Assembly: GCA_964016885.1 (NCBI GenBank) | Contig: OZ024744.1 | Span: forward strand, 79,608,001-79,672,000 | Source: Eledone cirrhosa | Lineage: Eukaryota | DNA: 64,000 nucleotides | Reading direction: 5' to 3' | Shown: one piece after another, positions 1 to 13,660 of the stretch | Position numbering within the stretch: position 1 is the stretch's first letter | Layout: each line of letters opens with the position of its first letter | The notes under the pieces: generated by a model | What the model saw: only the letters and a program-made list of their open reading frames with translations | Database searches by the model: none | What the model was told of the DNA's origin: nothing | Translations under genes and position numbers: made by a program

Positions 1-431
1 TCGAACAGGAGCCAATAATAATAAGGATCATATCATCATCATCATTTAACGTCCATATTCACCCAGCCCACACTATAAAGTGGACATGTAAAATACACAG
101 CAAAATACACCCAGCCCACACTGTAAAGTGGACATGTAAAAAACACGTTAAAATGCACCCAGCCCACATTGTAAAGCGGATGTGTAAAAGACACAGCAAA
201 AAGCACCCAGCACACACTGTCAATGTGTTTGGCATTAGAAAGGGCATCCAGCCGTAAAAATCCAGCCAGAAACACCTCTATATGAGTGAGACACGGTCAC
301 CCGACCCAACTTGCATCTCTAAATGGGACCCATCTAACCCATGCTAGCCTGGAAGATAGACATTAATCAATGATGATGATGATTCCACGATAGCATAGGT
401 AGGGGAAACTGTCCCTTTGTGAGAGATCTGG

Positions 432-755
432 TCGTGACACCTACATGACCATTTTACAGTGTGGACTTGGGCTTTTATTCATGACACCTACACAACCACT
501 TTACAATGTGGGCTGAGTGCTTTTTGTCATGACTCCTACATGACCACTTTACAGTGTGGCCTGGGTGCTTTTTGTTGTGACACCTACACAACCACTTTAC
601 AGTGTGACCTGGGTGCTTTTTGTCAAATTGCCAACACGACCACTTTATAGTGGGGGCTGGGTGTTTTTTGTCATGGCACCTACACATCCACCTTACAGTG
701 AGCTGGGTGCTTTTTACTGTGTCACCATCACAATCACTTTACAATGTAGGCTGGA
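432..755. repeat. Degenerate tandem repeat of about 42 bp, expanded within the RTE 3' UTR family
   Basis: Recurrent cacctaca.gaccactttacagtg....ctgggtgcttttt; inverted, more degenerate copies at about 60-220 and 1500-1850. Confidence 0.75.
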
Positions 756-981
756 GGCTTCGCTGCATGTATACTTCGGCTTGTCCTCATGGGAGATGTA
801 TGGGAGTGATGTAGGAAGGGGTGGGATGGTGCATGCTATATATATATGCTTCAGCTATGGTCTATGCTCACAGGAATTTGGGTCTTCTGTATTACTACGT
901 AACACCAGAGATCTTGGTCCTGTGTCATCATCTTTGAGAGGTGCAGTTTGGCGAGGTCAGCTTTTAACACCTCGTCCTAGG

Positions 982-1014
<33 letters not shown>

Positions 1015-1193
1015 TTGACAGTGCCCCAGCATGGCCTCAGCCCCTTGGTGAGAACACGCAATAAAATAATAGAATAATAATAACATTAAACAAAAAGAGA
1101 TTGCAATGTGGCATTAAAGAAATAGGGATTGCAATACAGATGGAACGCTCACAAAAAAACAACATTGCTTGGAACACCTTGAATAATCTGGAG

Positions 1194-1337
1194 CAGGCAT
1201 GTCAAACATGCGGCCCGCACAAAGGTTTTTACAGCACGAGCACGTTTTATCTTCGTAAAATTAGTTGTGTGTGTCCCTCAGACAACACATATGTGAACCA
1301 TGTAGCTCTCGGGGGAACCCTCAGTTTGACATGCCTG
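1194..1337. mobile_element. hAT (Charlie-like) MITE
   Basis: 14-bp perfect TIR CAGGCATGTCAAAC; 8-bp TSD atctggag/ctctggag. Confidence 0.8.
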
Positions 1338-1988
1338 CTCTGGAGGGTACTTGAAAAATAAGGAGTGTTACGTCAGTTCACTGGTAGTGAACAGCTAACA
1401 CTGTAATATCTCCAGTGTTAAAAGCTGAGCAAAGGCAATAATAATGATTAAGCAGGATATTGTGGTGATTGGTATATGAAAAGGCTATTAAATACTGACC
1501 ACCCTGTAATGTGGTAGTGTTGGTGACACAACAAAAAGCACCCTATCCACATTGTGAGGTAGTAGTGCTGGTGTTATGACGAAAAGCAAACAGTCCACTT
1601 TGTATGGTGGTAGTGCTGGTACCATGATCAAAATTATGCAGTACACACTGTAAGGTGGTAGTGCTGGTGTCACCATAAAAAGCACCCAATCTACTCTTTA
1701 AGGTAGTAGTGCTGGTACTATGTCAAAAAGCACTCAATCCACCCCGTTAGGTCCTAGTCCTAGCACTATATCAAAACACACCCAGTTCACCCTGTAAGAT
1801 AGCAGTGCTGGAGTCACCATAAAAAGCTCCCAGAACATGCTGTTAAGTTGTTGGCATTAAGGAGGGCATGAACCCAGCTACAGAAACCATGCCATAAACG
1901 GAATGTATGAGCAAAACATGGTCACCTAATTTGTCTATTCTCATTACATGACAACTTGTCTAACTCATGCAAGCCTGGAAAATAGACA

Positions 1989-2202
1989 TTAACCCTTTAA
2001 TATTTAAACCGGCTGTATCCGGCCAGAATTCTCTCACCTCTTTCTGTTCAAACTGGCTGTAACTGGCCACTCATACTAATGTTTAGGTATTGTTCTCAAA
2101 ATAAATAATATAGAAATCTCATAAGTTAGATATTATGTGAGATAAACCCTTTTCTGTGAAAATATAATATAAATATAGAGTAATGTAATGTTAAAGGGTT
2201 AA
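1989..2202. mobile_element. piggyBac-like MITE (about 210 bp), representative of a family with at least 8 copies here
   Basis: TTAA|CCCTTTA...TAAAGGG|TTAA. Related copies at about 6345-6580, 13825-14037, 17882-18084, 36336-36518, 47010-47238, 55580-55761 and 61722-61937. Confidence 0.75.
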
Positions 2203-2210
2203 ACGCTGAT

Positions 2211-2742
2211 GATAATGAAATTATTGTGTACAGTGCTCAGGTGCACTACAACTCATCAAAGGTGCATGTATAGTACATAGAATAATGTACAATGTCAGGA
2301 AAATGAACAGTGTACGAATCAGGAAATACAAGTGTATGTGTGTATGGAGGGGGGGGGGGAGCACCAGGTGTAGTGTTGGCGAATCTCAGGAAGCATGGAG
2401 GTTTTAAAGGATGCAGTGTCTCGGCAGCTAACAACTGATGTAGGTAGTTTGTTCCATGCTTCAGCAACTCTGAGCGTGAAAAAATGTTTCTGAAAGTCAT
2501 GGGAGCTGTACTGTTTTCTGATTTTGTAAGCATGTCCACGGGTGTTAGACATATGGAATTCAAAAAGGTACTCAGGGTTGTTGTTGGGAAGATGGTTAAT
2601 AATTTTGTGGGTGTCTACCATGTCAGTTGCCAGATGTTGTAGCTTTAATGTATCCATGCCCAGGGAAGCAAGGTGTTCAGAGTATGGTAGATGCCTGACA
2701 GAGGGTATTCGCTTGGTTGCACGTCTCTGAACAGATTTCTGG
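2211..2742 (-). mobile_element. CR1/L2-type LINE 3' fragment
   Basis: NTRGHAYKI...FFTLRVAEAWNKLP...FK is a typical CR1-group C-terminus. 3' UTR copies at about 6733-6880 and 14470-14880. Confidence 0.75.
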
Positions 2743-3162
2743 ATAGACTGCTTAATTCTACATTAACAACACATCTAACCATGGAAACATGGAAAAGTAG
2801 ATGTTAAAACGGTGATAATGATGAGCACTTTCCTCCACATCTTTTTCTATTAGATCTTTAAAAGTTTCTTAAAGTTGTCTTGAAACTCTGAATTTAATAT
2901 CTACAAGATGAAATGGTAGCGTCACCTTTTCGTAACCCTTCGTAAGCATTATAATAAATGTTTGGTGAATCCATACGTACATATATATATGTGTGCATGT
3001 ATGTATATATATATATACATACTACTGTACGTCTGTATACATGTATGTATGTACGTGTACATACTTATATTTAAGTAACAGCCGTACTAAGAGTGGGAAA
3101 GGAAATTTTGTTTCATTTTTTCCGTGTATATATATATATGTATGTATATATGTATGTATGTA

Positions 3163-3790
3163 TCATCATCATCACTGTTTTACGTCCATTCTTCCATGCT
3201 AGCATGGGTTAGACGGGTTGTCCTGTTGAGGGCAGTGTCCGGTCGGCTGACCTTGTCTTGCTCATACGGGAACTGATTCTGGCTTGATTTCTACAGCTGG
3301 ATGCCCTTCCTAACACCAACCTTATTTACAGTGATAGCTGGGTGCTTTTTTGCCATGGCACCTCCACGACCACTTTGTAGAGGGAGGGTGTGGGGGCATA
3401 TTGTCTATATGCTTCAGCTTCGGCTTGTACCCGTGGGGGGTTGGGTCTTCTGTATTATTGCGTGACGCCAGAGGTCATGGTCGTGTGTCATCGCCTTTGA
3501 GAGGTGTAATTGGGTAAGGTCGGCTTTTATCACCTCATCCCAGGTCTTCTTGGGTCTCCCCACTCCGCGGTTTGCATCAACTTCTAGTGCTCTGCACCAT
3601 TTTATGCTGCTGTCATCCTTCATACGCATCACATGTCTATACCAACGCAACCGCCTCTCCTGCACACATTTGATTCCTCTTATGCTCAGTCTCTCTCTCA
3701 ATTCATTTATGCTTTACCGTTCGCGTACATTACTATTACACATCCATCGGAGCATGCAGGCTTCGTCTCTTTCTAATCTACGCAAGTCTT
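3163..3790 (-). mobile_element. 5'-truncated RTE LINE: C-terminus + long 3' UTR ending in (TGA)n; the UTR alone recurs many times
   Basis: ORF 3414-3701 (RRLRWYRHVMRM...GRPKKTWDEVIKADL). The UTR motif tggtgttaggaagggcatccagctgtagaaa also occurs at about 230, 7520, 16560, 19080, 20970, 21940, 23230 and 45620. Confidence 0.8.
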
Positions 3791-4791
3791 CTACATATAT
3801 ATATATCTTCATTGTACTGTGTCATTTGCTTTGTTATCCCTGTTTGACTTTTGCCTATATATATATATAATTGTTTCTACATATATATAATGTTTGGTCG
3901 TAACTTTTTTTTTGAAAGATTTCTGCGTCTACAAATTAATTTTTCTCGGTTTCAGAAGTGTGAAAACAGAAATTCTTTCCGTAAACTTTTTATCTTCTGT
4001 ACTAATGATAAATATTTGCTTACGGGTTTATATATACTTATATATATATATATATAAGTATATATAGACCTTATCGAGCCTCCTTTGGGTTTTGGATTTA
4101 TTATTACCATTCTGAGTTCAAATCCCGCTGAGGTTAACTTTGCCTTTCATCCTTACGGGGTCGATAAAATAAAGTACCAGTAATGCACTGGTTAATTACT
4201 GGCTTTGTGCCAAAAGTAGAAACAATTATTACTATATATATGTGTGTGTGTGTGTATATATATGGTAAACAGAAATAACAACACAATCAGTACAGTATAT
4301 GGAAGGAATATATTAAGTTAACGCTTGAAATAGCAGGAAGAGGGTCTTAACATTTTGGATGCTAGATATATATATATAAATATATATCTATATATATATA
4401 ATTGTTTCTACTTTAGGCACAAGGCCAGCAATTACCCAGTACATTACTGGTACTTTATTTTATCGACCCCGTAAGGATGAAAGGCAAAGTTAACCTCGGC
4501 GGGATTTGAACTCAGAATGTAAAGGGACGTAACTATGCTAGAAAGCATGGCATCCAACCTTCTACCGATACTGCCAATACTTTGGGAGGGTCATGCTGCC
4601 AATAAAAACACACGCACCTGTTGCTTTTCACTTCAATTTATTTTGTCACACATTCTGTGATCTCCTCATTTACTAGGTCTTTATTTTGTGTCTCTCTTTG
4701 TTCTGTCCTACACCATCTTGTTTTTGTGTGTGGTGTGTTTAGTTTGCGCATGCGAAGATGAGAAATCTTACAAAACAAATTCAAATACGAA

Positions 4792-5110
<319 letters not shown>

Positions 5111-5187
5111 CGATCGTTATATATATATAATGTTTTGGCTTACATTAATGTGTATTTTTCTTTCTTTTTCTTACATTTTGTCCAAAG

Positions 5188-5308
5188 ACTGATTTGGTGA
5201 ATCGCTCATTGTATGATTTTGTCCATACCACTGAGAGATCCAGCTTAAACAACTTGTTATTATCATATCAACAAATATCTGGCAGTGGTCTACAGGATTT
5301 TGAAAAAG
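5188..5308 (+). CDS. Clock: Clock coding exon (PAS-A, TDLVNRSLYDFVHTTERSSLNNLL...DFEK), first exon visible in the window
   Basis: Polypyrimidine tract and aag acceptor at 5185-5187; G|gtaaat donor at 5309. 121 nt, phase 0 to 1. Resembles vertebrate CLOCK SDLVDQSIFNFIP, and its phase joins the next exon. Confidence 0.85.
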
Positions 5309-5362
5309 GTAAATTCAGTTCTTGTATTTCTTTTAAGACAGTAGGGTTTGGTATGAAGAAAA

Positions 5363-5980
5363 TCATCATCATCATCATCAACAACATTGTCATTAACATC
5401 GTCATCATCGCCACCATCTTCATCGCCACTACCATCATTGCCACTATCGTCATTACCTCCATCATCACCATCATTGTCATTGTCATTGTCATTGTTACTT
5501 TAATTTTTACCACTGTCATCATAATCTTGAATGTCACCACCACCACCATCACCACCACCACCATCACGATCGTTGTCACTATTACTGTTACCATCATCAT
5601 CACCACTGTCATCATAATCATGAATGTCACCACCACCACCACCACCACCATCACGATCGTTGTCACTATTACTGTTACCATCATCATCACCACTGTCATC
5701 ATAATCATGAATGTCACCACCACCACCATCATTGTCACTAATACCGTTACCATCATCATCACGACCACCATCATTGTCATTATTACCATCATCATCATCA
5801 TCATCATCACCATCACTGTTACCTTCATAATCATCATTATTATCACTGTCATCGTCACCATCACCACCATCACTACCGCCATCATCATCGCCGTCACCAC
5901 CATCATCATCATCACCACCGTCACCACCACCACCACCACCGTCACCACCACCACCACTACCACCACCATCATCACCATCA
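5363..5980. repeat. Compound (ATC/ACC)n microsatellite with internal block duplications
   Basis: Trinucleotide runs start 55 nt after the exon donor and explain the long low-complexity ORFs on both strands. Confidence 0.95.
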
Positions 5981-7674
5981 AACACACACACTTACAAAGA
6001 CAGAATCATCTACACAGACATGAATACACACACACACACACACACACAGTGGGTTCCCACACAGTTTCTGTTCATCAAATTCCACTCACAAATCATTTTT
6101 CAGACATCAGTCTGAGGCTACAGTAGATAACACTTGCCCAAGGTGTTAGTGCTGCCACACTGTGGGATTGAACCTGAAACCATATATTTGTGAAGTGAAC
6201 TCCTTAACCCCAGAACCTTATATTATATTATATTATCTTTTGTTTATCATATTCTTATCAATGTTTTATCAGTGGGTTTCGTGTACTCCAACTGTAAACT
6301 AAGTCCAAACAGTCGATACTTTATCAGTAGTGCTTTTATTATTTTAACACTTTAGCATTTAAACCAGCCATATCTGGCCAGAATTCTCTAACCTCTTTCT
6401 GTTCCAACTGGCCATAACTGGTCACTAATACTGATGTTAAGGTATTGTTCTCAAAATATATATCAACATCTCATAGATTGATATTATGTGAGATAATTAT
6501 GTAAGATAAAGCCTTTACCATGAAAATACAATAGTATATATAATAGTATATATAGAGTAATATAAATGCTAAAGGGTTAACTCTTTTTTTTAGCTCTGGC
6601 TTAATTTAGTTGGTCATACTGATCCTAGTAATTTTTTTTTTTTTTTTTCTAATGTAGTATTTTTTTTATTGATCTCCTTTTGTCAAACTGCTAGGTCACA
6701 TGACACACATGCACACACACACTCAGACAGATAATAATAATAATGAAATTATTGTGTACAGTGCTCAAGTGCATTACAACTCATCAAAGGTGCATATATA
6801 GTACATAGAATAATATACAAATGAAAATGAACAGTGAATGAGTCATGAAATACATGTGTGCGTGTGTATGGAGGGGGGGGATATAAACATAAATGCACAC
6901 ATGCATAGATGCACACACACACACACACATGTGTATGTGTATATATATATAAATATAATAATAATTAGGGAACAAAGAATCAGTATTGCTTCATATACGT
7001 ATTTCATTACATATTACGTATGCTTCTTTGCCGATCAGCTCGAGGAACAATTGATTATGTTCATTCCTGACTCTGGAATCAAAAGCTCCTCAGATATGTG
7101 TTCTCACATGTAAACTCACGTGTGTGTGTATATATAGTATAACACTTATACTATATATATTGATAAATTCCGACCTTACACACTTGCACCTCTCCAAGAC
7201 AATATCAATGGATCGAGATCTTTGGCGCTACGCAGTAATACAGAAGACCTGCCTTGCCTAAGTACATAGCGAAACCTACAGTCAGTAGGCACCTCTTAAC
7301 CAAATATACACCCAACCCCTACTCCATCCTCTACTCCATCCTCCCACTCCCATCAACACCACCCCTTTCTCTGTAAAGTTATGTTGGTACCACAACATCC
7401 AATCCAAAATAAATGAGGTTGTGTAGGTGACACAACAAAAACCCACAGTCCACGCTGTAATGTGGCCGTGTAGGCAACACGATAAAAACCTCCCAGTCCA
7501 CACTGTAAACATGGTTGGTGTTAGGAAGGGCATCCAGCTGTAGAAAACCTGCCAGATAGTCCTATACGACCGAGACACGGTCACCCGACCAATCTTGCCT
7601 CAAGTGGGACAATTCCTGTCTAAACCCATGCTAACGTGGAAGATAGACGTTAAACGATGATGATGATATATATA

Positions 7675-7766
7675 ATAGAAATGACTTTTACAGAACTAGA
7701 ACTGTTTCATTCAGGATGATTTCTAAGAAATGAAACAGTTCTAGTCTCATAGAACACATTTCTATA
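7675..7766. mobile_element. Decayed fold-back copy of the same hammerhead-bearing family as 41101-41247
   Basis: Inverted arms tagaaatg..gaactagaactgtttcatt / aatgaaacagttctagtc..catttcta. It retains GATGA..GAAA CAG..CTAG, but the first CU of the core is lost. Confidence 0.6.
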
Positions 7767-7869
7767 ATGAAATAAAAATTAAAAATGCCTATACTGTACT
7801 AACAAACCTTTTTTAATCTGTGATTACTTCCTGATATACATTGGGAATCAATTTAGATGTATAAACACA

Positions 7870-9501
7870 CACACACCACTCTACTATATAAATACATCAA
7901 CATATCTAACACCATCAGTGTTATAACTACAGTGTTAAACCTTAGACAAGACACACCACTCTACTATATAAATACATCAACATATCTAACACCGTCAGTG
8001 TTATAACTACAGTGTTAAACCTTAGACAAGACACACCACTCTACTATATAAATACATCAACATATCTAACACCGTCAGTGTTATAACTACAGTGTTAAAC
8101 CTTAGACAAGACACACCACTCTACTATATAAATACATCAACATATCTAACACCATCAGTGTTATAACTACAGTGTTAAACCTTAGACAAGACACACCACT
8201 CTACTATATAAATACATCAACATATCTAACACCATCAGTGTTATAACTACAGTGTTAAACCTTAGACAAGACACACCACTCTACTATATAAATACATCAA
8301 CATATCTAACATCATCAGTGTTATAACTACAGTGTTAAACCTTAGACAAGACACACCACTCTACTATATAAATACATCAACATATCTAACACCATCAGTG
8401 TTATAACTACAGTGTTAAACCTTAGACAAGACACACCACTCTACTATATAAATACATCAACATCTCTAACACCGTCAGTGTTATAACTACAGTGTTAAAC
8501 CTTAGACAAGACACACCACTCTACTATATAAATACATCAACATATCTAACACCATCAGTATTATAACTACAGTGTTAAACCTTAGACAAGACACACCACT
8601 CTACTATATAAATACATCAACATATCTAACACCATCAGTGTTATAACTAGTGTTAAACCTTAGACAAGACACACCACTCTACTATATAAATACATCAACA
8701 TATCTAACACCATCAGTATTATAACTACAGTGTTAAACCTTAGACAAGACACACCACTCTACTATATAAATACATCAACATATCTAACACCATCAGTATT
8801 ATAACTACAGTGTTAAACCTTAGACAAGACACACCACTCTACTATATAAATACATCAACATATCTAACACCATCAGTGTTATACCTTAGACAAGACACAC
8901 CACTCTACTATATAAATACATCAACATATCTAACACCATCAGTATTATAACTACAGTGTTAAACCTTAGACAAGACACACCACTCTACTATATAAATACA
9001 TCAACATATCTAACACCATCAGTGTTATAACTACAGTGTTAAACCTTAGACAAGACACACCACTCTACTATATAAATACATCAACATATCTAACACCATC
9101 AGTATTATAACAACAGTGTTAAACCTTAGACAAGACACACCACTCTACTATATAAATACATCAACATATCTAACACCATCAGTATTATAACTACAGTGTT
9201 AAACCTTAGACAAGACACCACTCTACTATATAAATACATCAACATATCTAACACCATCAGTATTATAACTACAGTGTTAAACCTTAGACAAGACACACCA
9301 CTCTACTATATAAATACATCAACATATCTAACACCATCAGTATTATAACTACATTGTTAAACCTTAGACAAGACACACCACTCTACTATATAAATACATC
9401 AACATATCTAACACCATCAGTGTTATAACTACAGTGTTAAACCTTAGACAAGACACACCACTCTACTATATAAATGCATCAACATATCTAACACCAGTGT
9501 T
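7870..9501. repeat. Tandem array, 80-bp unit, about 20 copies
   Basis: Unit cttagacaagacacaccactctactatataaatacatcaacatatctaacaccatcagtgttataactacagtgttaaac, nearly invariant. Confidence 0.97.
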
Positions 9502-10295
9502 TTAATATAAAGATGAACATTTTAAAATGAGTAGTTTTGTATTATAAAAACCTGGATGGGATCAGATGGTTTGTCTCAAAAGAGTTAAGCAACCTTAACT
9601 ATGGAATGAAATCTTAGGAATAATCGAAATCAAAGACAATCAAAATCTTTATCACAATGAAACAAATTTGAATATTATGTTCTAAACAATCTTAACTATG
9701 GATTGAAATCTTAGACATAATTGAAATCTTGAACATAATGAAACAAACTCCAATATTATGTAGACTAGCAGAAAAACCACCCTTCGTGTGGTTTTCTGCT
9801 AGCATGTGTAGTGTGTATATATGATATTATACGCAAGTATATATACATATAGATGTGATACATCAAATAAAATCGTAATTGACAATATACACAGAAATTG
9901 AACAAAGATGTTGTTACACTGTCTTATGTAATCAGTAACGTAACCCATGATACATTAAATAAAAGACGATATCTAATATATATTTGTGAAATGGGCGGTG
10001 GTTGAAATTCAAATGTGCACGGTTAACTGGTAGTAGACGTGGTCGGACTGACATGAAAATTTACACACCTATGTAAAAAGTGCCAAGGAAGCAAATAGCA
10101 AATCTCTAACTTGAAAAATGTGGTCCCCGGGGCCCCAAAACTATCGCGTTCAGTGAGTTATTTCCCCCTGTTCTAATACTTTTGTCTTATTTACAATTTC
10201 ATCATCCTTCTACATTTAACGATCATACAGTACCGTTTTATGAAATCGATTCTGCAGTACGGTCACTGTTTTCAATCAAAAGAAATAAAACCCTT

Positions 10296-11027
10296 GGCGA
10301 TACTTGGTTTTAGTGTCCTAAATTATCATCATCGACATTCAATTATTAGCTCCACCCACTACATGATACGTCACGAAGGTAAATGTTTCGAAAAAATTTT
10401 AAACTGAATATCGCAACAATATATTGTTTAAAGAAATTTTTTTTCTGTTGTTAAAAACTGTAAATCTGTTTTTAAAAAAATGTATTTCGCAGCAATTTTT
10501 TTTCTGTTAAAAACTGTAAATAAATATTCATGTAAAAATGAAGCATAGTGTTTCGGTTAAATACATTTTTTTTAACAGATTTACAGTTTTAAACAACAGA
10601 AAAAAAATTTCTTTAAACAATATATTGTTGCGATATACAGTTTAAAATTTTTTCAAAACATTTACCTTCGTGACGTATCGTGTGTTAAAAAAAAAATGTA
10701 TTTCGCAGCAATTTTTTTTCTGTTAAAAACTGTAAATAAATATTCATGTAAAAATGAAGCATAGTGTTTCGGTTAAAAACTTAAAACTGTAAATAAATAT
10801 TTATTTTGTTCAAAAAAATAAATCAAAAATCTAATTTTCTCTGTTAATATTTTAATAAAAAATTAATCTAAAAATTCAATGTTTTTTCATGTAAAAATGA
10901 AGCATGTAAGAAAATGAACATGTAAAAATCAAGCAGCAGCAGCAGCTGATGACGTATCGTGTAGTGGGTGGAGCTAATAATTGAATGTCGATGATGATAA
11001 TTTAGGACACTAAAACCAAGTATCGCC
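10296..11027. mobile_element. Non-autonomous DNA transposon with about 78-bp TIRs (Merlin-like)
   Basis: TIR GGCGATACTTGGTTTTAGTGTCCTAAATT... and its reverse complement ending at 11027. Imperfect 8-bp TSD aaaccctt/aaaccttt; extra internal inverted and direct repeats. Confidence 0.7.
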
Positions 11028-11291
11028 AAACCTTTAAATGGCGAAGGGACGCGTGTTTTTATTTTAATTCTAATATATGTTAACCACCACTAACAGTAAG
11101 TAGTATTTTTCAAATTGCATATCATCGACATTGCTATTTCGCTGTTAATAAACAACGCTTTTCACGTCGCTCCACTCCACTTCTCATTGTACGCCGTCCA
11201 GCTCCAAGTGCATATTTCTATTTTTTTCCTGAAACTGCTTCTTTATAATAAACTTTCAAAAATATTTTTCAAATTATTAACTTAATAAAAA

Positions 11292-11325
11292 GTGGCCCCG
11301 GGTGCAACCGGGCTCAGCTGCTAGT
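11292..11325 (+). mobile_element. Helitron-type 3' terminus (hairpin + CTAG|T)
   Basis: cccgg gtgcaa ccggg hairpin about 10 nt before gctagt. An oppositely oriented actagc + hairpin terminus lies at about 9764-9803. Confidence 0.55.
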
Positions 11326-12572
11326 TATATATAAACTGCATTAGGAGAAAATTAGTATGTTTATTTAAGTGATCGCCACCGGAAGTGTTAACATCACACA
11401 CTCTCTCTTTCTATATGTCTGGTAGTTGAAGTGGTGGTGGTGGCAACGATATACCGGAAGTGCAACTTTCAAAAGAAGTCAATTTTAAATTATTTATTTT
11501 TAGAAAATTATTTTTGTTTACAAAATTTAGTCGATAAATTATGTAATATTCATTCATTATTTATTCAAAGTAATCTAACTTATTTTACTAACGGGATAAA
11601 AAGAAATTAACCGTACGCAGTCCCGCAGACCTTCCTTTATTATAGTTTAGATTGGCAGTATCGGTAGAACGTTGGGCAACATGCTTTGTGGAATATATTA
11701 CATTCTGAGTTAAAAATCCTGCAAAGGTTAGCTTTGCTTTTCATCCTTACAGGGTCAGTAAAATAAAGTACCTGTAATGCACTGGCGTCGATTTCCCTCA
11801 TCCTTTCAAATTGCTGGCTTCGTGACAAGATTTTAAATAATTATGTTTTTAAACAACTCTCAACTATGGAACAAAATCTTAGACATAATTGTTTCTATTT
11901 TTGGCACAAGGCCAGCAATTACTCCAGTGCATTACTGGTACTTTATTTTATCAAGCCTGTAAGGATGAAAGACAAAGTTAACCTTGGCGGGATTTAAACA
12001 CGGAACATAAAGTGCCATAACTCTATGCTGCAAAGCATGGTGTCCGACTCTCTACCGATACTGTCAATCCACAGTCAAATTCTCAGACATAATGAAACAG
12101 TGTTTGTAACAAAAGATCTATGAAACTTTTACATCAACATAGAAATAAGATTTGTAAAGCATGGAATTTCAATGGATCCTGTTTATACTTAATTAAGACA
12201 CTATAGCTTAGTGAAAACTAACACACACATGCACACTCACATGAACACACGCACACACACACACACTCATGCATACATACTCACACACACTAGAATCTTT
12301 CTCTCTCTCACACACTCACTCTCACACACACAAACACACTCACACACTGGCATTCACACACACACACACACCAGAATCTCCCTCCCTCCCCCTCTCTCTC
12401 TTTCTCTCACACACACACTCACACATACATAAAAAAATCCCTGTTATTATATAATATATATACTTGTTTTACCAGCTGTCAAACTGGAAGGTGTTAAAAG
12501 CATTTTTTTTTTATGTTCTTGTTGTTTTTACTTATGTTGATAAACCTGATATTGTTATATTATTGGTACTTG

Positions 12573-12758
12573 GTGGATTGGCAGTATTGGTAGAGGGTCG
12601 GACGCCATGCTTTCCAGCATAGTTACGTCCCTTTACGATTTGAGTTCAAATCCCGCCGAGGTTGACTTTGCCTTTCATCCTTACGGGGTCGATAAAATAA
12701 AGTACCAGTAATGTACTGGGTAATTGCTGGCCTTGTGCCTAAAGTAGAAACAATTATT
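12573..12758 (+). mobile_element. tRNA-derived SINE (about 185 bp), representative of the most abundant family (over 15 full or partial copies, both strands)
   Basis: A-box-like TGGCAGTATTGG, B-box GAGTTCAAATCC, central ctttgcctttcatccttacggggtcgataaaataaagtaccag, (ATT)n tail. Other copies at about 4400-4580(-), 11888-12070(-), 14120-14310(+), 20300-20670(+,+), 21375-21552(-), 33770-33960(+) and 45113-45300(+). Confidence 0.85.
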
Positions 12759-13154
12759 GGTACTGTAATATAACAATAAAGAAACCATTATTGGTACTGT
12801 AAGAGCAGTGGATTGGCAGTTTCGGTAGAGCGTCAGACATCATGCTTAGCAGCATAGTTATGGCCCTTTATGTTCTGAGATCAAATTCTGCCAAGATTCT
12901 GTGGTGTGTGTGTGTATGGGTGTGAATGAGTGAGTGAGTGTGTGTGTGAGAGAGAGAAAGGGAGATATTCTAGTGTGAGTGTGTGCGTGCGTGTGTGTGT
13001 TTTCACTAAGCTTCATTCATAATGAGGCTATGTGTCTAAATATACTTTGCCTTTTATACTTACGGGGTCGATAAGATAAATCACCAGTAATGTACTTGGG
13101 TAATTACAGGCCTTGTGCCAAAAGTAGAAACAATTATTGGTAGGGAAACACTAA

Positions 13155-13660
13155 CCACCACCACTGTAACTACCATGTGAACAACACCACCACCACCATT
13201 GTAACAATCACTTAGACACTATCATTACAACAACAACAACAACTTCCACCACCATACTAGCACAACCACCACCACCATACTACCACAACTACCACCAACA
13301 CAACCACCAGCACAACACCTACCATCAACACCACCACCATACTAGCACAACTACCACCACCACACTACCACAACTACCACCAACACAACCACCAGCACAA
13401 CACCTACCATCAACACCACCACCACCATACTAGCACAACCACCACCACCACCACCACACTACCACAACTACCACCAACACAACCACCAGCACAACACCTA
13501 CCATCAACACCACCACCACCATACTAGCACAACTACCACCACTACCACCACCACCACCACATTACCACAACTACCACCAACACAACCACCAGCACAACAC
13601 CTACCATCAACACCACCACCACGTTACTAGCACAACTACCACCACCACCACCACCATCTC
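13155..13660. repeat. (ACC)-based compound repeat
   Basis: Recurrent accacaactaccaccaacacaaccaccagcacaacacctaccatcaacaccacc blocks. Confidence 0.9.

Noticed and set aside
5194-6126. 310-aa ORF (and antisense 239-aa and 163-aa ORFs)
   Set aside because: Only 5188-5308 is exon; the rest is stop-free (ATC/ACC)n microsatellite read-through past a good splice donor.
7117-7122. CACGTG E-boxes as autoregulatory sites (also 15413-15418 and within the Gypsy pol)
   Set aside because: They are isolated hexamers at about chance frequency, mostly inside transposon fragments, with no clustering.
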